Counted from the first letter of the stretch, positions 1 to 10,552 are shown. The stretch: 64,000 nt of DNA from Candidatus Magasanikiibacteriota bacterium (GCA_052033375.1 JBPOJQ010000010.1:5941-69940), one strand, 5' to 3'. The notes: generated by a model not told the origin, from the letters alone. Program-made: numbers and translations.

Positions 1-2
1 AT

Positions 3-626
3 GTACCAGCTACTGTTCGGGCAATCGAATATGATCCAAATCGTGGTCCACGTATTGCTTTGGTTGAGTATGCTGATGGAAAAAAGTCGTATATTCTCGG
101 ATACGAGGGAATAAAAGTGGGTGATGTTGTTGTCTCTTCAAAAAATAAACTTGAGCCAAAAAATGGAAATCGAATGCCACTAGAATATATTCCAGCTGGA
201 ATGTTTGTCTACAATGTGGAATTGGAACCAGGAAAAGGTGGTCAACTCGGACGAGGTGCTGGAGTCGGAGTACAGTTGATGGTTATTGAAGGAAAATATG
301 CGCAATTGAAAATGCCATCTTCTGAAGTTCGATTAGTGAAAAAAGAATGTATTGCAAGTGTAGGCCAACTGGGAAATCCAGATTATAAATTGATCCGATG
401 GGGGAAAGCAGGTCGTGTACGTTATCGCGGAATCAGACCGACAGTTATTGGTAAAAACATGAACCCAGTCGATCATCCACACGGTGGAGGAGAAGGACAT
501 TCTCCGATTGGTCAGAGACGAGGACCTCGCACTCCATGGGGAAAACCAGCACGTGGTGTGAAGACCAGACTCAAGAAAGCGAGCGACAAGTTCATTGTTT
601 CACGACGAATCGTTAAAAAGAAATAA
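3..626 (+). CDS. rplB: 50S ribosomal protein L2, 5'-truncated by window edge
   Basis: Frame 3 from nt 3 reads [28 protein letters not shown], continuous with ORF 60..626; C-terminal [25 protein letters not shown] is the L2 signature. Confidence 0.95.
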   Translation, partial: VPATVRAIEYDPNRGPRIALVEYADGKKSYILGYEGIKVGDVVVSSKNKLEPKNGNRMPLEYIPAGMFVYNVELEPGKGGQLGRGAGVGVQLMVIEGKYAQLKMPSSEVRLVKKECIASVGQLGNPDYKLIRWGKAGRVRYRGIRPTVIGKNMNPVDHPHGGGEGHSPIGQRRGPRTPWGKPARGVKTRLKKASDKFIVSRRIVKKK

Positions 627-638
627 CACATTGTTATT

Positions 639-962
639 ATGTCACGAAGTTTAAAAAAAGGACCATACACTGACACTAAGCTCATGCAAAAAGTAGAGAA
701 GGCTCTTAAGAATGGAGACAAAAAGCCAATTAAAACATGGGCGCGTGCTTCGACGATTACTCCTGCAATGGTAGGTCTGAAGTTTCAGGTACATAATGGT
801 AAAGATTTTCCTGAAATATTGATTGATGAAAACATGGTTGGTCACAAACTTGGAGAATTTTCTTTGACTCGCAAATTCGTTAGTCATGGTGGAAAGATGG
901 CCAAAGAAGAGAATAAGGCGGCGGCAGCTCCTGCGAAACCAGCAGCAGCTCCTGCGAAATAA
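639..962 (+). CDS. rpsS: 30S ribosomal protein S19 with Ala/Pro/Lys-rich C-terminal tail
   Basis: [12 protein letters not shown]...HNGKDF...GHKLGEF matches S19; position after L2. Confidence 0.95.
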   Translation: MSRSLKKGPYTDTKLMQKVEKALKNGDKKPIKTWARASTITPAMVGLKFQVHNGKDFPEILIDENMVGHKLGEFSLTRKFVSHGGKMAKEENKAAAAPAKPAAAPAK

Positions 963-974
963 TTTAGCGTATAT

Positions 975-1463
975 ATGAAGCTTGAATCAAAAGCACAATT
1001 GAATAGTTTACGCATGAGTCCTCAGAAAGTACGACTTCTTGCAGATTTGATCAGGGGAATGCATGTGCAGGATGCGTCAGCTCAGCTTCAGTTTTCTAGA
1101 AAAGCTGCGGCAAAACCACTATACACGCTTGTGCAGTCAGCAATTGCCAATGCAGTACATAATCATCAGATGGATCCAAAGACATTGGTAATTTCAACTA
1201 TTTTTGTGAATGAAGGTGCTGTATTGAAACGATGGATGCCTCGAGCGCAAGGACGTGCGACACCTCTCCGAAAGAGAAGTTCACATATCACTCTTGTACT
1301 CACCGGCGAAGGGGCACAGAAAAAAGAAGTACCTGAAGTTCCTGCTGCATCTGAAGTAGTTGCATCTGAGGCTGATACAAAAAAAACGAGCGTAAAATCA
1401 AAAAAAGCAACAACAAAGCCACGCGCTTCTAAGGCTCGAGCAAAGAAAGCACAAGCTTCATAA
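975..1463 (+). CDS. rplV: 50S ribosomal protein L22 with Lys-rich C-terminal extension
   Basis: Conserved L22 core (SPQKVRLLADLIRG...), operon position between S19 and S3. Confidence 0.93.
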   Translation: MKLESKAQLNSLRMSPQKVRLLADLIRGMHVQDASAQLQFSRKAAAKPLYTLVQSAIANAVHNHQMDPKTLVISTIFVNEGAVLKRWMPRAQGRATPLRKRSSHITLVLTGEGAQKKEVPEVPAASEVVASEADTKKTSVKSKKATTKPRASKARAKKAQAS

Positions 1464-1494
1464 TAATATCTAGATAACGATTTATTTCATTCGT

Positions 1495-2190
1495 ATGGGT
1501 CACAAAGTCCACCCCAAAATCTACCGAACAGGAATTCTCTTCCCTTGGGTCTCTCGCTGGGTTTCTATTTCGAAGTATCCTCAATATTTGGAACAAGATG
1601 TGAGAATACGTGAGTTTTTGTCAGCGAAATTCAAAGATGCTCAAATTGATTCTATCTTTATTGAACGAGGTCCAAAAAATATCACCATTACTATTTTTGC
1701 AGGTAAACCTGGTGTCGTAATTGGACGTGGTGGACAAGGATTAGAAGTTTTGAAGAAAGATATTGAGCGAAAGTTTTTGAAAATGGCGATTGCAGTCAAA
1801 TTGAATGTGCAGGAAGTTCGAAGTCCTTCACTTTCAGCACCAATTGTAGCTGAAATGATTGCTAAAGATATTGAAAATCGTATTCCATTCCGCAGAATCA
1901 TGAAGCAGACTATTGAACGTGTCATGAAAGCTGGTGCGCAAGGTGTAAAAATTTCAGTCTCAGGACGTTTGAATGGTGCTGAAATTGCACGTCGAGAAAC
2001 ATTGTCTTCTGGAAAAATTCCATTGACTACACTCCGCAGTAATGTAGATTATATCCACCACACCGCACAGACTATTTATGGCGCGATTGGGGTCAAAGTA
2101 TGGATTTATTTGGGTGAATCATTTGAACAGATTGATAAATTGGCTGAAAAAACTGAATCAATCAAACGTAACAAAAAGAAACACGAATAA
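1495..2190 (+). CDS. rpsC: 30S ribosomal protein S3
   Basis: MGHKVHP... KH-domain core, GRGGQGLE, operon order. Confidence 0.95.
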   Translation: MGHKVHPKIYRTGILFPWVSRWVSISKYPQYLEQDVRIREFLSAKFKDAQIDSIFIERGPKNITITIFAGKPGVVIGRGGQGLEVLKKDIERKFLKMAIAVKLNVQEVRSPSLSAPIVAEMIAKDIENRIPFRRIMKQTIERVMKAGAQGVKISVSGRLNGAEIARRETLSSGKIPLTTLRSNVDYIHHTAQTIYGAIGVKVWIYLGESFEQIDKLAEKTESIKRNKKKHE

Positions 2191-2238
2191 GATACGTTTT
2201 AACACAGATGTGATAATTACATATACGAAGTACATAAT

Positions 2239-2649
2239 ATGTTAATCCCTAAAAAAGTAAAACATAGAAAGTGGCATCGACCACGACGCATGAACAAGGG
2301 CGTCGCGACACGAACCACGACCATCGCTTTTGGAAGTTTTGGTCTCAAGTCTACCTCACATGCGTGGGTATCAAGTCGACAGATTGAAGCTGCTCGACGT
2401 GTGCTCACTCGATATGTGAAGCGTGGAGGAAAAATCTGGATTCGTATTTTCCCAGATCGACCAGTAACTCGAAAGGGAAGTGAAGTACCGATGGGTGGAG
2501 GAAAAGGGTCACCAGATCATTATGTATGTACAGTGAAGCCAGGTGTAGTAATGTTTGAAATGGAAGGTATCACTGAAACTGAGGCACGTGAAGCGTTGGT
2601 GCAAGCCGCATACAAGCTTCCGGTTACTGCTCTCTTTGTTAAACGCTAA
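2239..2649 (+). CDS. rplP: 50S ribosomal protein L16
   Basis: MLIPKKVKHRKWHR...GGGKGSPDHYV signature. Confidence 0.95.
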   Translation: MLIPKKVKHRKWHRPRRMNKGVATRTTTIAFGSFGLKSTSHAWVSSRQIEAARRVLTRYVKRGGKIWIRIFPDRPVTRKGSEVPMGGGKGSPDHYVCTVKPGVVMFEMEGITETEAREALVQAAYKLPVTALFVKR

Positions 2650-2675
2650 TTACTTGATTATTTATTCTCGTTAGT

Positions 2676-2882
2676 ATGGTTAATGCGAAAGATCTACAAT
2701 TACAAAGTATCCAGGAATTGCATGAAAGCCTTTCTTCAAAACGGGAAGAATTACGCGTGCTCCGTTTTTCAGCAGGAGGCAATCAATTGAAGGATGTGCG
2801 AGCTATTCGCGAAGTTCGATTGGATATTGCTCGAATTCTTAGTGCGATCAACGCAAAAAAGGCTGATAACGTGAAAAAATAA
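2676..2882 (+). CDS. rpmC: 50S ribosomal protein L29
   Basis: 68 aa helical protein; LRFSAGGNQLKDVRAIREVR typical of L29; operon position. Confidence 0.9.
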   Translation: MVNAKDLQLQSIQELHESLSSKREELRVLRFSAGGNQLKDVRAIREVRLDIARILSAINAKKADNVKK

Positions 2883-2896
2883 TATCATTTTAGATT

Positions 2897-3175
2897 ATGA
2901 CTACCGTACCAACCAAAAAAACTGTACAGCGCCGACGATTTGAGGGCGAAGTGGTTTCTACTAAAGAAAACAAGACGATCCATGTTACTGTTGAGAGTAT
3001 CAAAACTCATCCTAAGTATAACAAGCAATATAGTCGAAGTAAGAAGTTTGCTGTACATGATGAGAATAAACAAGCCCAGGTAGGCGATCGTGTATTGTTT
3101 GAAGAGTGTCGTCCATTGAGTAAGACTAAACGATGGACATTGGTTCGTGTCTTGGTACGCGCACAGAATTCATAA
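2897..3175 (+). CDS. rpsQ: 30S ribosomal protein S17
   Basis: RRRFEGEVVS...KTIHV...HDENKQAQVGDRV typical S17. Confidence 0.93.
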   Translation: MTTVPTKKTVQRRRFEGEVVSTKENKTIHVTVESIKTHPKYNKQYSRSKKFAVHDENKQAQVGDRVLFEECRPLSKTKRWTLVRVLVRAQNS

Positions 3176-3195
3176 CATCAAGGTAATTTGCTTAT

Positions 3196-3567
3196 ATGAT
3201 TCAACACAGAAGTATTCTCACCGTTGCGGATAATAGTGGAGCTAAGAGGCTCATGTGTATTCGCGTACTCGGTGGCTACAAGAAACGTTTTGCACGGATA
3301 GGTGATGTAATTACCTGTAGTGTGAAAGAAGCATTACCACGTACCCAAGTAAAAAAGGGTGAAGTGGTGCATGTGGTTATTGTACGTCAGAAAAAAGAAT
3401 TACGACGTAAAGATGGTACGTATATTCGTTTTGATGAGAATGCTGGTGTTATAATTGATAAAGCTTCTGGTGAACCAAAAGGAACACGTATCTTTGGACC
3501 AGTGGCACGTGAACTTCGCCAAAAAGGATACCAGCGTATTATTTCTCTTGCTCCGGAAGTCCTCTAA
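3196..3567 (+). CDS. rplN: 50S ribosomal protein L14
   Basis: [17 protein letters not shown] signature. Confidence 0.95.
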   Translation: MIQHRSILTVADNSGAKRLMCIRVLGGYKKRFARIGDVITCSVKEALPRTQVKKGEVVHVVIVRQKKELRRKDGTYIRFDENAGVIIDKASGEPKGTRIFGPVARELRQKGYQRIISLAPEVL

Positions 3568-3582
3568 TTTTAGAAGCATTAT

Positions 3583-3903
3583 ATGAAAATAAAGACAGGA
3601 GACAACGTAATCGTATTATCAGGAAAAGACCGAGGCAAAACCGGTAAGGTTGTGCAGGTGCTTAATAATAAGACAACCATGCAATCATATGTTGTGGTTG
3701 AGGGATTGCACATGCTCAAGAAACATTTACGCTCAGGACGACAAGGTGAAAAAGGGCAAGTAATTGAATTACCTTCTCCAATACATGCAAGTTCAGTTGC
3801 GCTGGTTGATCCTAAGACGAATAAAGGTACTCGAGTAGGCTATCGAGTCGAAGGTGATACGAAGAAACGCGTTACCAAGGGAAGTAATGAAATTATTGGA
3901 TAA
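3583..3903 (+). CDS. rplX: 50S ribosomal protein L24
   Basis: MKIKTGDNVIVLSGKDRGKTGKV (KOW motif). Confidence 0.92.
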   Translation: MKIKTGDNVIVLSGKDRGKTGKVVQVLNNKTTMQSYVVVEGLHMLKKHLRSGRQGEKGQVIELPSPIHASSVALVDPKTNKGTRVGYRVEGDTKKRVTKGSNEIIG

Positions 3904-3905
3904 TT

Positions 3906-4457
3906 TTGTATATGAAATCATCACTATATCAACTCTATAAAACTCAGGTAGTCCCTACACTCAAAGAAAGAATGGGATATGCCAATGTTATGCAGATTCC
4001 TCGTATCACAAAGGTGGTACTCAATGTGGGATATGGTAAACGTGCCAAGGAAAATGCATTTATCGAACGAGTTGAAGAGACACTTCGAAGAATTGCTGGA
4101 CAGAAGCCTGTTCGAAATAAAGCGAAGAAATCAATTTCGAACTTCAAGCTTCGAGAAGGGACTGAAATCGGATCATCAGTTACTATTCGTGGTGATCAGA
4201 TGTATGATTTTCTATACAAGCTTATTCATTTGACATTGCCTCGTGTTCGAGATTTCCGAGGACTCAACCCAAAGAGTTTTGATGGGAAGGGAAATTATAC
4301 GATTGGATTTAAAGAACACCTTGCATTTCCTGAAATCGGAGGAGATGCTGCAGATCAGATTCATGGATTGGAAATGACAATTTCAACTACTGCCAATACT
4401 AATGATGAAGGACGCGCACTACTCGAAGAACTAGGATTCCCTTTCAGAAAGAAATAA
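3906..4457 (+). CDS. rplE: 50S ribosomal protein L5
   Basis: L5 core VVLNVGYG...FRG; operon position. Confidence 0.95.
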   Translation: MYMKSSLYQLYKTQVVPTLKERMGYANVMQIPRITKVVLNVGYGKRAKENAFIERVEETLRRIAGQKPVRNKAKKSISNFKLREGTEIGSSVTIRGDQMYDFLYKLIHLTLPRVRDFRGLNPKSFDGKGNYTIGFKEHLAFPEIGGDAADQIHGLEMTISTTANTNDEGRALLEELGFPFRKK

Positions 4458-4470
4458 ATTATTTACGGTT

Positions 4471-4656
4471 ATGGCAACACAGGCACAGATTTCAAAATCA
4501 CAAAGAAAACCAAAATTCAGCACCCGCGTTGTACGCAGATGCTGGCATTGTGGACGCAAGCGTGGATATATGCGCAAATTCAAATTGTGCAGAATCTGTT
4601 TTCGAGAGCTTGCGAATAAAGCAGCGCTCCCTGGCGTCCGAAAGTCGAGCTGGTAA
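4471..4656 (+). CDS. rpsZ: 30S ribosomal protein S14, zinc-binding type Z (61 aa)
   Basis: 61 aa with [10 protein letters not shown]...CRICFRE Cys4 pattern. Confidence 0.93.
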   Translation: MATQAQISKSQRKPKFSTRVVRRCWHCGRKRGYMRKFKLCRICFRELANKAALPGVRKSSW

Positions 4657-4692
4657 AAGTCGACCTATTCCTAACCTAATTATCTATTACGT

Positions 4693-5082
4693 ATGATGAC
4701 TGACCCTATCGCAGACATGCTCACACGAATCAGAAACGCGCACCAATCGCGAAAGAAGCGTGTGCTTGTACCCTATTCTCGGGTGAAGTTTGCGATTGCT
4801 GAAATTCTTAAAAAACAAGGCTACATTGATGCTGTGGTCACCGAAGAGGGAATGCCAAAGATGATTGCCCTTGATTTGAAGTATGCCGGGAATGTTCCAG
4901 CAATCACTTCGATTACTCGAGAAAGTACCCCTGGGCATCGCATGTATCGCAAATCATCTGAATTGCCAAAAGTATTGAATGGATTTGGTGTTGCAATTGT
5001 TTCAACAAGTCATGGAATTATGACTGCGCAAGATGCACGAAAAAAAGGAATTGGTGGGGAAGTATTGTGTTCAGTTTACTAA
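4693..5082 (+). CDS. rpsH: 30S ribosomal protein S8
   Basis: MMTDPIADMLTRIRNA signature. Confidence 0.95.
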   Translation: MMTDPIADMLTRIRNAHQSRKKRVLVPYSRVKFAIAEILKKQGYIDAVVTEEGMPKMIALDLKYAGNVPAITSITRESTPGHRMYRKSSELPKVLNGFGVAIVSTSHGIMTAQDARKKGIGGEVLCSVY

Positions 5083-5106
5083 ACAGGAACTATTAGCCAG
5101 ACTTAT

Positions 5107-5655
5107 ATGTCACGTATCGGAAAACAACAACTCAGTATTCCTCAGGGAGTAGAAGTAAAGATTCATGAGCAGCTCATTTCGGTCAAAGGACCAAAAGGTT
5201 CGCTCGAACGATCAATCCACCCAGTGGTAACTGTTTCTATTGAAAATGGAATTATTACTGTATCTGTACAGAATCCTGAAGAGAAATCTGAGCGAGCTTT
5301 GTGGGGAACATTTGCTGCACATATCAAAAATATGATTGAAGGTGTGACTAAAGGTTTTGAAAAAAAACTTGAAGTCAATGGAGTTGGTTTTCGTGTGGCT
5401 ATGCAAGGAAAAGATCTCAAACTTGAAATTGGTTTTTCACATCCAGTCGTGTACGCTATGCCTCCTCAAGTTGTTGCTACAGTTGAAAAAAATATCATCA
5501 CATTGACTAGTGCTGATGTGGAAATACTTGGAAAGACCGCTGCTGAAATTCGTGCGTTGAAAAAACCTGAACCATATAAGGGTAAAGGAATCAAATATGT
5601 TGATGAAGTTCTCCGACGTAAAGCAGGTAAAACCGCATCTGCAGGTAAAGAATAA
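5107..5655 (+). CDS. rplF: 50S ribosomal protein L6
   Basis: MSRIGKQQLSIPQGVEVKI... two-domain L6. Confidence 0.95.
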   Translation: MSRIGKQQLSIPQGVEVKIHEQLISVKGPKGSLERSIHPVVTVSIENGIITVSVQNPEEKSERALWGTFAAHIKNMIEGVTKGFEKKLEVNGVGFRVAMQGKDLKLEIGFSHPVVYAMPPQVVATVEKNIITLTSADVEILGKTAAEIRALKKPEPYKGKGIKYVDEVLRRKAGKTASAGKE

Positions 5656-5667
5656 TATTGATATTAT

Positions 5668-6042
5668 ATGAAACAAGCTAATACACGTAGCGCATATCGC
5701 GTACGACGTCACAAAAGAATTCGTAAACAAGTAATTGGTACTGCTGAGAGACCACGACTTTCGATATATCGAAGTCTGCTCAGTATGTATGCTCAACTTA
5801 TTGATGATGCTCGTGGTGTCACCTTGGTGGGAATTTCAGGAACAGGGACATTGACTACGACTGCTGACGCTGGTGAGAGAAAGGGAAAAGTAAAACTCGC
5901 ATATCTTCTCGGACACGAAATTGCTCTCAAAGCAAAAGAAAAGAATATTACTCATGTAGTATTTGACCGTGGAGGATTCACCTATCATGGACGCATCGCT
6001 GCATTTGCCGATGGAGCGCGAGATGGTGGACTCAAATTCTAA
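5668..6042 (+). CDS. rplR: 50S ribosomal protein L18
   Basis: RVRRHKRIRKQVIGTAERPRLSIYRS signature. Confidence 0.93.
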   Translation: MKQANTRSAYRVRRHKRIRKQVIGTAERPRLSIYRSLLSMYAQLIDDARGVTLVGISGTGTLTTTADAGERKGKVKLAYLLGHEIALKAKEKNITHVVFDRGGFTYHGRIAAFADGARDGGLKF

Positions 6043-6059
6043 CCATTTATACTAGCTAT

Positions 6060-6689
6060 ATGTCTAATCAAAAACGTAACGAACGCGGTCCCCGAACACC
6101 CAAAGAAAAACCTGAATTCGATCAGACTATTGTTGATCTTGCGCGTGTAACGCGTGTGACCAAAGGTGGAAAACACATGAGTTTCCGAGCATGTGTCCTT
6201 ATTGGAGATCGAAAAGGGCGCGTGGCATATGGAATTGAAAAAGGAAAAGATGTGCAAATCGCAGTAGATAAAGCAGTTAATCAAGCAAAGAAAAATATTT
6301 TGACTGTGCCTATTTTTAATGGCACGATCCCTCATCGAGTCGAAGCAAAATTTAAAGCTGGAAAAATCATGATTAAACCTGCACCAAAGGGTTCTGGAAT
6401 TATCGCGGGTAGCGCGGTGCGTATGGTACTTGATCTTGCTGGTGTGGGAAATGCATCTGGGAAAATTTTGGGAAAGACTAATAATAAAGTAGTCAACGTA
6501 AAAGCAACTTTTGAAGCGTTGAAAAAATTCAAATCACAGGCAGTTCGTACACTGTCAAAACAACGTCCGGTGGCTCCAGTCGTGGCTTCTGCTGAAGTAG
6601 CGCAGCCTGTTCTTGAGACTGAAACCGTAAAACGAAAACCAGCACGAAAAAAAGCTGCACCAAAGAAGACTGCTGAATCAGCAGCCTAG
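6060..6689 (+). CDS. rpsE: 30S ribosomal protein S5 with ~50-aa C-terminal extension
   Basis: VTRVTKGGKHMSFRACVLIGDRKGRVAYG... S5 core; followed directly by L15 with no L30 gene. Confidence 0.95.
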   Translation: MSNQKRNERGPRTPKEKPEFDQTIVDLARVTRVTKGGKHMSFRACVLIGDRKGRVAYGIEKGKDVQIAVDKAVNQAKKNILTVPIFNGTIPHRVEAKFKAGKIMIKPAPKGSGIIAGSAVRMVLDLAGVGNASGKILGKTNNKVVNVKATFEALKKFKSQAVRTLSKQRPVAPVVASAEVAQPVLETETVKRKPARKKAAPKKTAESAA

Positions 6690-6716
6690 TATAAGGAATT
6701 TCTATAATTTTTTTGT

Positions 6717-7151
6717 ATGTTAACCCCTTCAACAATCACTTCACGAGGCCGTAAACGAAACACCAAACGTGTGGGTCGTGGTAATTCGAGCGGAAAGGGA
6801 AGTTATTCTACACGTGGTATTAAAGGACAGCGAGCACGAACAGGTTCGAGTGGTATTATGCGTCGTGCGTTCAAAGCACAACTTCAGAAAGTTCCTAAAT
6901 CTCGTGGTTTTTCTTCAAGTGCGCTCAGACCTGAGACTGTATCTCTCGCCCAATTGAATACTCTCGCTCAATCAGTTTCTGAAATTACTCCATATGTGCT
7001 TAAAGCGCATGGTTTGATACAGAATGTACGAGCTGGTGTAAAAATCGTCGGCAACGGAGAATTGACTAAAAAAGTAGTATTGCATGACTGTCTTGCTACG
7101 AAAACTGCATTACAGGCTATTGAAAAAGCAGGTGGTAGTCTCGTGATGTAA
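6717..7151 (+). CDS. rplO: 50S ribosomal protein L15
   Basis: RKRNTKRVGRGNSSGKGSYSTRGIKGQ Gly-rich N-terminus typical of L15. Confidence 0.93.
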   Translation: MLTPSTITSRGRKRNTKRVGRGNSSGKGSYSTRGIKGQRARTGSSGIMRRAFKAQLQKVPKSRGFSSSALRPETVSLAQLNTLAQSVSEITPYVLKAHGLIQNVRAGVKIVGNGELTKKVVLHDCLATKTALQAIEKAGGSLVM

Positions 7152-7320
7152 TTTTTCTGTTACGCGCTGACTATTTCTTGATCCAGGTGTACTCTCGTTT
7201 GGTACTGGCTTATAGAAACGAAATTAAAAAAGTATTCGTTAATTCGCACCTTACCTATCAGTAGACAGGCGTAATTTGCCTGGGACTCCTTCATCTACTC
7301 AACCTAATACACGAACCTCT

Positions 7321-8592
7321 ATGTGGAATAAAATACGTCGAATTTGGACTATTCCTGATATTCGCAATCGAGTACTTTTTGTATTAGGAATGCTCGTAGT
7401 ATTTCGTTTGGCTGCACACATTCCTGTTCCTGGAGTGAATACCGAAGGATTGCGTCAATTTCTCGCGGGAAATCAGATTTTAGGTTTACTCAATATTTTT
7501 TCTGGTGGCACCATCGCTAATTTTTCTATTGTGATGCTCGGTGTGGCCCCTTATATCACTGCCTCGATTATTTTCCAATTGTTGACACTTGTAGTGCCTT
7601 ATTTTGAAGAGCTTTCAAAAGAGGGGGAGAGCGGACAGCAAAAAATTAATATGTATACGAGAATTGCTGCGGTACCTCTCGCATTACTTCAGGCATACGG
7701 TACAATAAAATTGTTGCATCAGTCACAGTTTAGTATTATCGGCGATCTCACTACTTTCAAATATATTTCAATCATGATTACCATTACTGCAGGAAGTATT
7801 TTCCTTATGTGGATTGGTGAACTTATTACTGAAAAAAGTATTGGAAATGGAATTTCTTTGCTTATTTTTTCAGGTATCGTTGCTTCTCTTCCTACGTCCA
7901 TTCAGACCGCTATTATCAATTACGATTCCTCACAGCTCTACATTTATTTGTTGTTTGCTGCGCTTGCAATCGTGACTATTTTGGGTGTGGTATTTGTGAA
8001 TGAAGGGCAACGAAATATTCCCGTCAGTTATGCCAGACAAAATCAGGGAACACGTTCGTTTGGTGGTATGACGAATTATCTTCCGCTTCGAATCAATATG
8101 GCGGGGGTTGTGCCGATTATTTTTGCCATTTCAATGGTGTTGTTTCCTCCAATGGTCGCGCAGTTTTTTGTACAGCGTGGCGGGTTTATTGGAAACGCAG
8201 CAACAGCGATTGTTACCATCTTCAATAATCAATTATTTTACGGAATTATATATTTTGTTTTAGTATTTGGTTTTACTTATTTCTATACATCAATTGTATT
8301 CAATCCTCATAAAATGGCTGAAAATTTGCAGCGTCAGGGTGCTTTTATTCTTGGAATCAGACCAGGAAAACAGACAGAAGAATATTTACAGAAGACGATG
8401 ACCAAATTATTATTTTCAGGTGCATTGTTCCTTGGTATTATTGCGATTTTACCTCTGGTTGCACGGGGTTTTACCGGTTCACAGGGATTAGTTATCGGTG
8501 GTACTAGTCTATTGATCGTAGTTTCTGTTGCTGTTGAGACTACCAAACAGCTTGAATCACAATTAAAGATGCATGAATACGATCATGTATAA
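7321..8592 (+). CDS. secY: preprotein translocase subunit SecY
   Basis: 10-TM protein, IRNRVLFVLGMLVVFRLAAHIPVPGVN signature; start at first in-frame ATG (MWNKIRRIW). Confidence 0.93.
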   Translation: MWNKIRRIWTIPDIRNRVLFVLGMLVVFRLAAHIPVPGVNTEGLRQFLAGNQILGLLNIFSGGTIANFSIVMLGVAPYITASIIFQLLTLVVPYFEELSKEGESGQQKINMYTRIAAVPLALLQAYGTIKLLHQSQFSIIGDLTTFKYISIMITITAGSIFLMWIGELITEKSIGNGISLLIFSGIVASLPTSIQTAIINYDSSQLYIYLLFAALAIVTILGVVFVNEGQRNIPVSYARQNQGTRSFGGMTNYLPLRINMAGVVPIIFAISMVLFPPMVAQFFVQRGGFIGNAATAIVTIFNNQLFYGIIYFVLVFGFTYFYTSIVFNPHKMAENLQRQGAFILGIRPGKQTEEYLQKTMTKLLFSGALFLGIIAILPLVARGFTGSQGLVIGGTSLLIVVSVAVETTKQLESQLKMHEYDHV

Positions 8593-8606
8593 TATACTTA
8601 TCTTTG

Positions 8607-8642
8607 AACACGCCTTCTGCTATACTTCGGAGGCGTGTTTTT
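8607..8642 (+). terminator. hairpin (AACACGCCT...AGGCGTGTT) followed by T-run between secY and adk
   Basis: 9-bp inverted repeat plus TTTTT read directly from sequence. Confidence 0.45.
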
Positions 8643-8660
8643 AGTTGTACTTACTTTTCT

Positions 8661-9320
8661 ATGAAAAAAATTATTATACTTTTGGGGATTCCAGGTAGTG
8701 GAAAGGGTACTCAGGCAAAGCGCTTGGCTCAGCGTTTTCAGTATGGACATATTTCAACAGGGGATTTGCTTCGTACTTTTGAAAAAGATCCGAATGCATC
8801 TCCTGCAGATACCGCACTGCTTGCAGATATGAGGGAGGGTAAATTGGTTTCTGATGATTTGATTTACCGTCTCGCATTTACGACCATGGACGCTTATTTT
8901 TCCCGTGGACAGGGTGTTGTACTTGACGGTGCGATTAGGACACAAAAACAGGCATCTGCATATGACGAATATTTTGTTTCAAAGCATGTACACGATGATG
9001 TTATTGTGGTTGAAATTGCGCTAACTGACGAAGATGGTGCATTGAGAATTCTTAAACGTAAATTATGTGAATCATGCGGATTCATTATTCCCTATACGCC
9101 TCACAATGATACACTCACGTCGTGTGAAAAATGTGGCGGTAGGTTGGTCCGTCGGAGTGATGATACCGCTGAAACTGTCGCAAAGCGTATGAGAGAGCAG
9201 GGGAATGACGCAGTTGCACCTGTACGTCAGTATTATCAAGAAAAAGGATTGCTTCGTGTAGTTGATGGTACTCAAGGTATTGATGAGATCGAATCCGAAA
9301 TAGCCTCAATAGTTGCATAA
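8661..9320 (+). CDS. adk: adenylate kinase with Zn-binding LID
   Basis: MKKIIILLGIPGSGKGTQA P-loop; CESCG...CEKCGGRL Cys4 lid; start placed after upstream terminator hairpin. Confidence 0.93.
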   Translation: MKKIIILLGIPGSGKGTQAKRLAQRFQYGHISTGDLLRTFEKDPNASPADTALLADMREGKLVSDDLIYRLAFTTMDAYFSRGQGVVLDGAIRTQKQASAYDEYFVSKHVHDDVIVVEIALTDEDGALRILKRKLCESCGFIIPYTPHNDTLTSCEKCGGRLVRRSDDTAETVAKRMREQGNDAVAPVRQYYQEKGLLRVVDGTQGIDEIESEIASIVA

Positions 9321-9325
9321 TTTTT

Positions 9326-10552
9326 TTGGTATATTTTTGTACAGAAAATTATTTTTTTCTGGTCATACTTTGTGCTATACTATTAGCACATTTTATGTCT
9401 ACACGTTTGAAACATTTTTTTATTCCTCACGAAGAGAATAATTATCATCCACATTCATTACATCATGGACGTGTATTTTTTTATGGTTTTTTAGGGATTG
9501 TTATCAAATCAATTGCAGTTATTACTGCTCTTTTGTTACCTGCACAGGCGTTTGTGGTGCCCGAGGTCTTAGTTGCCCAACAGGAGAGGGTTATTGAGTT
9601 GACTAATCAGATTCGTACGAGAGAGCATGTCCCACTTCTCCAGTATCATGAAGCGCTTGGACAATCATCAGTACACAAAGCTATTGATATGACTCAGCAA
9701 GGATATTTTGAGCATATCAATCCACAGGGCAAGCGTTTGCGTGATTTTTTGAAGGAAGTGGGATATTCATATTCGGTTGCAGGAGAGAATTTGGCTGTGG
9801 GATTTTCTTCTCCTGAAGCTATGGTTGAAGCGTGGGTCGAGAGTCCTACTCATTTTGCTAATTTGATTGACCCTGATTTTACTGATATCGGTATTGGTTC
9901 TTCTGTTGGTATGTATGGGGATAATCTTGCTGTGTATGTAGCACAGCATTTTGGTCACCCATCGGCTGATATGACACACGTGTATGATTCACGTGAGCGG
10001 GTGAGGGGTGTGTCTGAAGATGCATCTGATACTACCGAGGTGTATTATGATTTTGGTTCATCTTCTTTATCATGGGCCACAGAAGGGGAGCAGATGATTG
10101 TGCGCGCACACGCTCGGATTGTTGGATTGGCTCATCGGGTGGTAGTGTTTGCACAGGGGTATGAATTTGAATTATATGATAGTCGTGAGGATGGGGTGTG
10201 GACTGGGATGATTACACTCCCTGAATCACTTTCAGATTTTTTTGCGTCAGTCATTCCTGCTGAAATTTCAATTACCTGGGCTGATGGTACTGTTACCCAT
10301 TCTTCGATTGAGTGGCAATCGATTCCAGTCATACCGATGGGTTCTCTTGAAAAGTATGAGATTTCAAAACGTGCACCGGCAGTGCTTGGTGCGCTTTCAC
10401 CAATATCACGAGGTATATTGTGGGGGATGATTGCATTCTTTTCGATTGCGTTGATGCTTAAAATTTTTATACAGATACGCCATCAGCGGTATCATGTTAT
10501 TGCGTCTGCTCTTACTCTTATTGGTTTTCTTAGTTTACTTCTAATTGTATAG
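9326..10552 (+). CDS. membrane-anchored CAP/SCP (PR-1-like, YkwD-type) domain protein
   Basis: N-terminal TM (GFLGIVIKSIAVITALLLPAQA); HEALGQSS...GYFEHINPQG...GENLAVGF...AWVESPTHFANLIDPDFTDIGIG matches CAP domain motifs; C-terminal TM. Confidence 0.7.
   Translation: MVYFCTENYFFLVILCAILLAHFMSTRLKHFFIPHEENNYHPHSLHHGRVFFYGFLGIVIKSIAVITALLLPAQAFVVPEVLVAQQERVIELTNQIRTREHVPLLQYHEALGQSSVHKAIDMTQQGYFEHINPQGKRLRDFLKEVGYSYSVAGENLAVGFSSPEAMVEAWVESPTHFANLIDPDFTDIGIGSSVGMYGDNLAVYVAQHFGHPSADMTHVYDSRERVRGVSEDASDTTEVYYDFGSSSLSWATEGEQMIVRAHARIVGLAHRVVVFAQGYEFELYDSREDGVWTGMITLPESLSDFFASVIPAEISITWADGTVTHSSIEWQSIPVIPMGSLEKYEISKRAPAVLGALSPISRGILWGMIAFFSIALMLKIFIQIRHQRYHVIASALTLIGFLSLLLIV

Noticed and set aside
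512-721. Minus-strand 69-aa ORF overlapping rplB/rpsS
   Set aside because: Antisense to two highly conserved r-protein genes; low-complexity translation; no signals.
1641-1925. Minus-strand ORF inside rpsC
   Set aside because: Antisense to the S3 coding sequence; typical spurious ORF.
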